NCBI RefSeq assembly: GCF_006345805.1
Contig: NW_021825110.1
Coordinates: forward strand, 1 to 16,371
Source: Octopus sinensis
Taxonomy: Eukaryota
Length of the DNA stretch: 16,371 nt
Reading direction: 5' to 3'
Shown: positions 8,418 through 16,371 of the stretch, piece by piece
How positions within the stretch are numbered: position 1 is the first letter of the stretch
Layout: each line of letters starts with the position of its first letter
Translations under genes and position numbers: made by a program
Notes under the pieces: generated by a model
Seen by the model: the letters and a program-made list of their open reading frames with translations, nothing else
What the model was told of the DNA's origin: nothing
Database searches by the model: none

Positions 8418-11390
8418 AGTTTCAGCTTGGAGCTGTGGCCATGCTGGAGCACCACCATTTTGCTACACTATTATTACTGAGAGCCTTCTCTAATATGTGG
8501 CATTTGGTGAAGAATGGAGTTTGATATAGCTACCCTCATTTGTATCTCTTGCTGTGAGGTAGGTTCATCAGGGACTCTCGACAGGAAAAGGTCCAGCTTT
8601 GATTTAAAAACGCCAACATCTACTTTGTGCATGTTCCTCAGGCTCTTTGGGAGAATATTAAAAAGCTGTGGACCCCTGACACCAAGGCTGTTGCAGTAAC
8701 TGGTCCTGATGTGTGATGGCATTGCTAGGATCTTTGGCACTATGCAGTCTCGACCCGTTCTGGCAGTGGTGTAGCTTTCAATGCCAAAATTTGGCACAAT
8801 TCCTTCCAGGATCTTGCATATGTATATTACTGCATACCTTGCTCTAGGGCATAGAATCTTAGCTGTTTCAGCCTTTTCCAGCAGCTGAGCTGTTGCAAAG
8901 AGACGGTCTTCTTTGTGAAGCTTCGCTGGATTGCTTCAAGCTCTGCTGTTCACTTACACTGGTGGGTGACCATAGCTGGGAGCAGTAATCCAGGCGGCTG
9001 AGAACGAATGTCTTTCAGAGGAACATCGTTTCCTTTTCTCTGGTTCTGAATATTCTCAGGATCTGTCCAGCCAGTTGTCTGCACTGTCGCCATCCTGGTA
9101 ATGTGCACTTGGAAAGAGGTATCATCACTCATGTGATTTAGGACCCTCACTGATTTAGGCTCTGGGATTGTAATTCCCTATGGACCAGTGTACCTTGTAA
9201 GTTTAATATTCAGTTTTGGAAGCTGGTAGCATAGGGTTTGGAATTTTTCAGCATTAAACTGCATATTATTATGCTCAGTCCATCTCCTGCTGCAGGTGTG
9301 CAATATCGCTGGGGTTCTGTATTTTCTGTGAGACTTTTGTATTGTCTGAGTAGCTAGCAAAGGTGATCCCAAGACAGTACCCTGTGGAACACCGCTCACT
9401 ATTTGTATGTTCATAGAGGTGGCTCCATTGGCCACTACTGCCTGACTTCTATCTTTCAAAAAGTCATGTAACCACTCTCCAAGTTTTGCAGCTATACCAC
9501 GATAACTCAGTTTGTGGCATATCATACCATGATCCACCTTGTCAAAAGCTTTTGCAAAATCAAGGTATATTACATCCACATTTGATTTGTTGAGTAACTG
9601 CCTCAACACCCAGTCATAGTGTTGTAAGAGATGGGTCCATGACTTTGCAGATGTGTGAAGTCAGAGAAATAGGCCTATAGTTTTTGGCATCTGCTCTGCT
9701 TCCCGCTTTATAGATTGGGCATTTTATTCCCTCCTTCAGCTTTCTTGGCAGCCTACCAATTGCAAGAAAGCTCTGGAAGAGAATGTGGAGGGGGTTTGCC
9801 AGGGCATGCTTACATGATTTGAGGAGGATTGCTGGGAAACTATCAGAACCAGCAGATGAGTCTGCATTCATCTCGTCTATGGCTAGTAGTATATCTTCTT
9901 TGCTAATGTTGATGTATTCCATTATAACTGCCTCACCGGTTATAAGTGAGGCAGCAAAGAAGTCCACTGGTTCATTCACTTGTCTGTGTTCCAACTTGGT
10001 GGTAAAGACACTTTTGAACTCGTCATTCAGTACCTCAATCACCCTGGTTAGACTCTCTGTGAGGGACCCATCCTTTTGGAAGAGGGGTCCTATCTTGCAA
10101 TGTACTGAGGCTGTTCCTTTTACATAATGGAAGAAGGCCTTTGGTTTTGACATAATGTATTTTATAACCCAGGCTTCTTTGTCTGCTCTCTCCCACACAT
10201 AGGATTGTTGCAGGATTTTTTCAATCTCGAAAAGGGTTGTTTTCAGACGAGACCTTTTGCTACTTTTGGGATGTTGGTTGAAGCGATTTACAACCATCAT
10301 CCGTTGTCTCATGAGGATCTTCCTCTCCCTTGGAATCTTGTTCCTGTTTGTGCTCTGGGACACATTTCTGGCAAATGTTCTAGTTTCATGCCAATGTCTG
10401 GTGTGGAGAGACATTTTGGCCAGTCCTATCTGAGGATATCTTTTTGGATTGATTTCCAGTCTGCTTTGTAGAAGTTCAGATTGGAGAGATTTCAGGTGCT
10501 TCCTTCAGGCTGTATGTCTCTGGCTATTTTCAGCCCAAACATAGACAGCACTATTATGTTGTGATCCGAGACTAATGACGGCATCACTTTCACGTCATGA
10601 ATGATGTCCATATTGTTTGTGAAGAAGAGATCCAAAATGTTATTCATCCTAGTCGGTCTGAGAACAGCTTGCTTCATGATTAGTGAGGTTGAGCAGGGAC
10701 TCCACCTGTGCTTGTTTGCAGTGAGTCATTCTTGAGAGCATGAGGCCTTCGGGCCATTTGAGGTTGGGGAAATTGAAATCACCCATGAGAAATACACTCA
10801 CATGGTGTTCCAGTTTCATGAGGATTTCTTTAACTCTTGTGAGGCAATCTCCAAACTTGCCTATGTAGTTTGGGTTAGGGTTAGGCAATATGTATTGCCG
10901 GTGGGCAATATGCATTGCATATGACTATATTGTGTTGTCTTATGTATACAATTAGAGTGTCACATACTGAATTTGAGTATGACAGTAAAAAATGGGGTGT
11001 GAGGTCATCCACCATGGCTCCTTTCCCTTCTGTCTGTTCACGCTATGGGATATTTTGGTAAGTGTACTTTCTCCCTTTCTTTCTTTTTATGTTTGTGCTC
11101 ATGTTCTGTCCTTCCTTTTCTTGGGGTGGGAATTTCATTCTTCTGGTTGTCCAATGGGGTGAGGGCTCCATTGCTTTGTAGGACCATTGGCAAAGAGGAG
11201 CTTCTGGTTGCTGCTTACTTGACTCCCATATCCTTTTCAGCCTGGTTGTTCACAAGGGTGGGGGATCCATTCTTTTGAGGAACCACTGGATCAAAGAGAC
11301 TTCTGGGTTATGTTTCCTTATCAGCCTTCCCACAATAGTTTTCCACTATGATATCCTGGGTGTCAATGTGCGGTCTAAAAAGTGTATAGG
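8414..11390 (-). mobile_element. CR1-clade LINE, decayed (5' boundary uncertain, 11060-11560)
   Basis: APE (DRRERSHGG, AYCPP, MGDFNFP, PTRMNNILDLFFTN, SDHN), RT (KNYRPISLTSHICKVM, YLDFAKAFDKVDH, SGVPQGTVLG, YSDNTK for YADDTK, NMQFNAEKF), CR1-type C-terminus (GPQLFNILP, FKSKLDLFLSRVPDEP), short 3' UTR abutting (TA)n. Confidence 0.9.
8474..11060 (-). pseudogene. Disrupted CR1 ORF2 (endonuclease-reverse transcriptase)
   Basis: Track ORFs 10649-10915, 10492-10677, 9614-10414, 9178-9609, 8950-9150 and 8474-8797 are collinear fragments; catalytic YADD reads YSDN at 9341-9352; internal deletions. Confidence 0.9.
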
Positions 11391-11574
11391 ATCAGATGAA
11401 TTCATTTTTCTTCTGCTCTACCTGATCAATGGTTCTACAAAAGCCATTGTTTTTCAATGCAGCAGCGATGATGATGTTTGGCAGATCGCTGCTAGCAATC
11501 ATCCATGCTCGCAACAGAAGAATCAATACTTTCTTCTCCCACTTTGGTGCTATCTTCGTTTTTTTTTAAGCCTT

Positions 11575-12240
11575 GAGGGGGAGCAGAGGATAGAAAGGAA
11601 GTGAGAGATAGAGGGAGGTAGAAAAGAACACAGAGGGGGAATAGAGAAAGAAAGAGGGTGATATGAAGGAAAGAGAAAGTGGGTGTGGGGTGTTAGTGAG
11701 ACAGAGGGAGGTACAGGACGGGGAGAGAAAGAAAGACAGAATGAGGGAGAGGAGGGGAAAAGAGTGAGAGACGGAGTGGGGGAGATGAGGGGAAGAGAAA
11801 TGGAGACAGAGAGACAAGAAAGGATGAAGTATGCAATGGAAAGGAAGAAATGGAGTGAGAAGAGGGGGAAATGAGAAATATATGAGAGAGGGTGAGGTGA
11901 CAGGAGGAGAGGTAGATGCTGAGAGAGACAAAGGAAGGGAAAGAGAAGTGAGAAAAGGAGGAAGATATGAAAGGGAGGGAGACAGAATGAGAGAGAGATG
12001 AGAAAAAGAGGAAGATATGGAAGAGAGAGTGTAAGAGGTAGGTGTAAAGAGAGATAAAGGGAGGGAGACAAAAGCAAGGGAGGAATATATGTGAGGGAAG
12101 GAGAGGAGAGAGGAGGAGGTAGGTATTAAAGAGAGAGGAGGAGCAGGTAACAAAAATGTGTAGGAAAACAAAAAGCAAAATTTATAATTCTAAAGAGATA
12201 AAGTGAAAGAAAGAAATGAGAGTGAAAAGAAAGGGGATAT
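11575..12240. repeat. Purine-rich (GA) low-complexity tract
   Basis: Plus strand is mostly A/G for about 660 bp; gives overlapping S/L/P/F-rich pseudo-ORFs on the minus strand. Confidence 0.9.
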
Positions 12241-12724
12241 CTATTTTTCAAACAGAATGTAAGCTAAGAGTCTTGACTCAAGTGTTCATCCAGTATTACA
12301 AAAGATAAAAGAAAGTAAACAAATGAGAAGGACACTTATTCACAAGAGATAAAATTCCAATCCTTGTTCTTGTACAAAGAAGTTTTCTTTCAAAAACACT
12401 TGTTTTTTTCCCTCTTACATGCGGCTAGAAATGAAAGTACGATTTATCACCACATGGTTTTTCAAGGATAACTCTAGCTTACATCACTGATTTTCAGTGT
12501 AAAATTTTAGTGTAATATATTACATTTTTTTAGAATATATGTTATAGTAGACTATTATGAAACAACAAGTATTCTGTTTGTGTCAGTCTTAGCAGATTTT
12601 TTTCGTCACTTTAGGAAATCCCCCTAAGTTGTCTCAGGCAAATGAAAAAGCACATCATTCCTCAACGAAACTGGAAGCAAACACACACATATTTTTATAT
12701 ATATATATCATCATCATCATTTAG

Positions 12725-12756
12725 CGTCCGCTTTCCATGCTAGCATGGGTTGGACG
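12725..12756 (-). other. 3'-terminal stem-loop of the RTE element
   Basis: CGTCC (12725-12729) pairs with GGACG (12752-12756) around the perfect palindrome CCATGCTAGCATGG (12735-12748), directly before the (GAT)n tail. Confidence 0.7.
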
Positions 12757-12866
12757 GTTCAACTGGGGTCTGTGAAGCCAGAAGGCTGCATCAGGCCCAG
12801 TCTGATCTGGCAGTGTTTCTACGGCTGGATACCCTTCCTAACGCCAACCACTCCGTGAGTGTAGTG

Positions 12867-13227
12867 GGTGCTTTTTATGTGCCACCCGCACAGGTGCCAG
12901 AAGGAGCTGGCAAACGGCCACGGACAGATGGTGCTTTTTACGTGCCAGGTGAGGCTGCCAATGGCCACGAACGGATGGTGCTTTTTACGAGAGGCCAGTC
13001 GAGGCGGCGCTGGCAACGGCCACGAACGGATGGTGGTGCCAGACGAGTCTGGCAAACGGCCACAAACCGATGGTGCTTTTTACGTGCCACCGGCACGGGG
13101 GCCAGGCGAGGCTGGCAACGGCCACGAACGGATGGTGCTTATTACGTGCCACCGGCACGAGGCCAGTCTGGGCGGCGCTGGCAACGCCCACATTCGGATG
13201 GTTCTCTTACGTGCCACTGGCACTGGT
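12867..13227. repeat. GC-rich composite minisatellite in the RTE 3' UTR
   Basis: Units start at 12867, 12930, 12977, 13032, 13072, 13134, 13200 (63/47/55/40/62/66 bp plus a partial); shared core CTGGCAACGGCCACGAACGGATGGTGCTTTTTACGTGCCA. Confidence 0.93.
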
Positions 13228-13376
13228 AACTCAGCTGCAATTTCCATTAATCGATTTCGATTCTGATTCTCACTCGCCTCAACAGGTCTTCACAAGTAGA
13301 GTTTTGTGTCCCAAGAAGGGAAGGTATGCATAAGTGGGCTGGCTACATCCCATGTAGAAGGTCACGGGTTATGGAC

Positions 13377-16364
13377 TCACTTGTCCTGCCGGGTCTTCTC
13401 GCGCACAGCATACTTCCATAGGTCTCGGTCTCTAGTCATTTCCTCAGTGAGACCTAAAGTTCGAAGGTCGTGCTTCACCACCTCGTCCCAGGTTTTCCTG
13501 GGTCTGCCTCTTCCACAGGTTCCCTCAACCGCTAGGGTGTGGCACTTTTTCACACAACTATCTTCATCCATTCTCGCCACATGTCCATACCAGCGCAAAC
13601 GTCTCTCTCGCACGCCACATCTGATGCTTCTTAGGTCCAGCTTTTCTCTCAAGGTGCTTACACTCTGTCGAGTATGAACACTGACATTACACATCCATCG
13701 GAGCATACTGGCTTCATTTCTTGCGAGCTTACACATATCCTCAGCAGTCACGGCCCATGTTTCACTGCCTTGTAGCATGGCTGTTCGTACACATGCATCA
13801 TACAGCCTGCCTTTTACTCTGAGCGAGAGGCCTTTTCTCACCAGCAGAGGTAAGGGCTCTCTGAACTTTGCCCAAGCTATTCTTACTCTAGCAGTTATAC
13901 TTTCAGCACACCCGCCCCCGCTGCTGACTTGGTCACCTAGGTAACGGAAGCTATCAACTATTTCTAGTTTTTCTCCCTGGAAAGTGACGGAAGTTGGTCT
14001 CAGAGCATTTTCAGTGTTTATTGTTCCTGAGCATCTGCCACATACTAAAACCATCTTCCTAGTTAGCCTTCCTTTGACATTGCTGCACCTCTTGTGTCCA
14101 TAGCTTACTATTGGTGCATCTTATAGAGTTTCTACCTACACCTTTTCTACAGATCGAGCAGGGCCATCTACCTGAAGGCGTTTGTGATTGGTCTACCTTT
14201 CCTACTTATTACAACTTTGGTTTTAGCTAGATTGACTCTTTGGTTTTAGCTAGATTGACTCTAAGGCCCTTCGATTCTAATCCTTGCTTCCACACCTGAA
14301 ACTTCTCCTCCAGTTCTGATAGTGACTCAGCAATTAGAGCAAGGTCATCAGCATAGAGGAGCTCCCAAGGGCATCCTGTCTTGAATTCCTCCGTTATTGC
14401 CTGGAGGACTATGATAAATAGGAGGGGGCTGGGGACTGAGCCTTGGTGGACCCCTACCTCTGCCCGGAATTCTTCACTGTACTCGTTTCAACACTCACCT
14501 TACTAGCAGCATCCCTGTACATGGCTCGCACAGCTCTCACTAACCATTCATCTATCCTAGTTTCCTCATTGACCACCGATAAGGGATCGGGGGACCCTGT
14601 CGAAGGCTTTCTCCATGTCAACAAAAGCCAGGTACAGGGGCTTATCTTTGGCTAGGTATTTCTCCTGCAGATGCCTTACCAGGAATATAGCATCAGTGGT
14701 AATTTTCCCCGGCACGAACCCAAACTGCATCTCATCTAAACTAACTCTCTCTCTAATTAGTTGGGCTTGACCCTCTCCGTAACCTTCATCACCTAATCCA
14801 ACAGCTTGATACCTCTGTAATTATTTGTATCTAGGGCGTCACCTTTACCTTGTAGCAGTTGACTATTATGCTGCTACACCAGTCATGGGTATGACTCCTT
14901 CGTGTATCACCTGATTAACTATTGGGGGACTAGGCTATAGCCGACACTACCAGATATTTTGAGCATCTCTGCAGTGATTCCTGATGGGCCTGGGGCTTTC
15001 CCTGTCTTCATGCTTCTAATTGCCTTAACTACCAAGGAACTGTCAACTCGGATAGCTGGTCCCTCTGTTGGGTCAACATTCGGCAGACTCTCTTTATCCC
15101 ATTCATTTTCTTTATTCAGCAACCTTTCATAGTGGCGTCTCCAAACCTCTCTCTTTGCATCCTCATTTAGCGCAAGTGAACCATCTTCCATGCGATCACA
15201 CTTCTCTCCTACCACATAACAATTCTCTCTCACACACTGTCTTGCAACGCGAAACACTTCCAGTCTTTGGTCCTCACGGCGCAGAACATTGGCAAATTTT
15301 TTCTTATCTGCTTCCCCTCTGGCTAGATAGACCTGTCTCCTAGCTTCCCTTCTGGCAGTCTGATACAATTCCCTGCTACCACCGTTCTTCCAGTGCTTCC
15401 AAGTCTGTCTCTTTTCTCTAATAGCCCTCTTTACAACACTGTTCCACCACCACGTTACCTTGGGACGAGAGGGGACTTTGCATCAGCCACAGATCTGGTC
15501 AGTGGCTCTCAGCAGGTTGTCCCTTAGAAACGTCCAGTTGCCTTCTACCCCATGTGATACTCTATCCCCTTCTACTTCGTCAAAGGCTTCAAGTAGCATG
15601 TCCCTAAATCTCTGTCCATTCGCAGGATCTTTAAGCTTCCAGATCCTTCTTCTCCATGTTGGTCATCTTCTGGTTGTCCTCCTAGTCCTAATCCTAAAGT
15701 CACTAACTACCAGTCTATGTTGTGGGGTACATTCTTCGCCTGGGAAGGTTTTGGCATTTATAAGCAGCCATCTCTCCCTTAGCCTGGCAAGGATGTAGTC
15801 AATTTGGCTGGTATGTTGGCCCAATCGGTAGGTGACTAGGTGGCTGGCAGGTTTCCTGAAGTTAGTGTTGCAAATCATAAGATTATTTGCATCGCAGAAC
15901 TCCAGCAGCCTGGTTCCCTCCTCGTTGCAGGAACCATAGCCATAGCCTCCATGTATGCCATGGAAGCCCCCAGCATGTCGTCCAACATGACCATTGAAGT
16001 CAACAGCCACAAAGAGAAGGTCTCTGTCGTTCGTCAACGGGGTAGTCTGCAGTAGAGTGTCATAGAATCGGTCTTCCTGTCCATCGGGTAGCCCCGACTG
16101 AGGCGCATAGGCTGATATAATGGTTGCTAAACTATGATGAAGCACTAATCTAATCTTAAGTATTCTGTCACATACTCTGATTACCTCAATTACTTTATCT
16201 ACCCATTTCACAGCGATAAGTATACCCACGCCACCAACCCCGTCAGTGTTCCCTGCCCAGAAAATCTTGTATCTGCATTCTTTGCCTGTGAGGAACCTAG
16301 CAGATCCTCCTCTCCACCTTACTTCTTGCATGCAAGATATATCCACACATCTCCGTTCAAGCAT
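13377..16364 (-). pseudogene. Disrupted RTE ORF (APE endonuclease - reverse transcriptase with inserted PHD-like finger)
   Basis: Track ORFs 15663-16364, 14919-15368 and 13377-14054 are collinear pieces. RT core between ~14200 and 14900 is broken by 1-bp indels, a TAG stop in LLD*VMK, and a 23-bp tandem duplication; a TGA at 15663-15665 ends the endonuclease piece. Confidence 0.92.
14215..14260. repeat. Perfect 23-bp tandem duplication inside the RT
   Basis: CTTTGGTTTTAGCTAGATTGACT x2; duplicates the VNLAKTK codons and shifts the frame. Confidence 0.95.
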
Positions 16365-16371
16365 CTCGACT

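Larger units (their letters stand above)
12707..16371 (-). mobile_element. RTE-clade non-LTR retrotransposon, relatively young, frameshifted; 5' end lies beyond the window
   Basis: AP endonuclease (MQEVRW, GVGGVG, AYAPQ, DFNGHVG, SQIDYIL, QHRLV), linker (KAPGPSGITAEMLK), RT motifs read across frameshifts (QFGF, FVDMEKAFDRV, GVHQGS, YADD at 14344-14355, KTK, FRYLG), RTE-type C-terminus (RLRWYGHVARM, GRGRPRKTW), 3' UTR ending in a (GAT)n tail at 12707-12720. Confidence 0.95.

Noticed and set aside
11461-11493. 9-bp stem AGCAGCGAT/ATCGCTGCT
   Set aside because: Isolated short hairpin; no ribozyme or tRNA fold recognised.
11550-12178. ORFs of 161-201 aa on the minus strand and 63 aa on the plus strand
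   Set aside because: A pyrimidine-rich strand lacks stop codons in all frames; compositional artefact.
12867-13227. CRISPR array
   Set aside because: The variable segments are related to each other and uneven in length, there are no cas genes, and the context is a eukaryotic LINE 3' UTR.
12750-13333. Several overlapping ORFs with repeated peptides
   Set aside because: Translations of the GC-rich minisatellite in multiple frames; no independent coding evidence.
8514-16055. Plus-strand ORFs overlapping the LINE coding regions
   Set aside because: Antisense shadows of CR1 and RTE ORFs with no recognisable motifs.

Overview
AT-rich, repeat-dense animal genomic DNA; the repeat families resemble those I recall from octopus/cephalopods (inference, not verified by search). 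No confident host protein-coding gene. Contents: (i) three RTE-clade LINE copies of different ages (young copy 12707-16371 minus, old deleted copy 1-1530 minus, old fragment ~5925-6511 plus), all with a C4HC3 PHD-like finger inserted in the RT; the two minus-strand copies also carry a minisatellite 3' UTR; (ii) a decayed CR1-clade LINE (~8414-11390 minus); (iii) two piggyBac-like and one Tigger/pogo-like non-autonomous DNA elements, two decayed tRNA-SINEs, microsatellites and a ~660 bp purine tract. The most notable feature missed by the ORF track is a type I hammerhead ribozyme motif (8082-8215, plus) with a palindromic minimal stem III and a ~100-nt self-complementary stem II, probably in a solo Penelope-like/retrozyme terminal repeat. 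Most short ORFs in the track are antisense or low-complexity artefacts.
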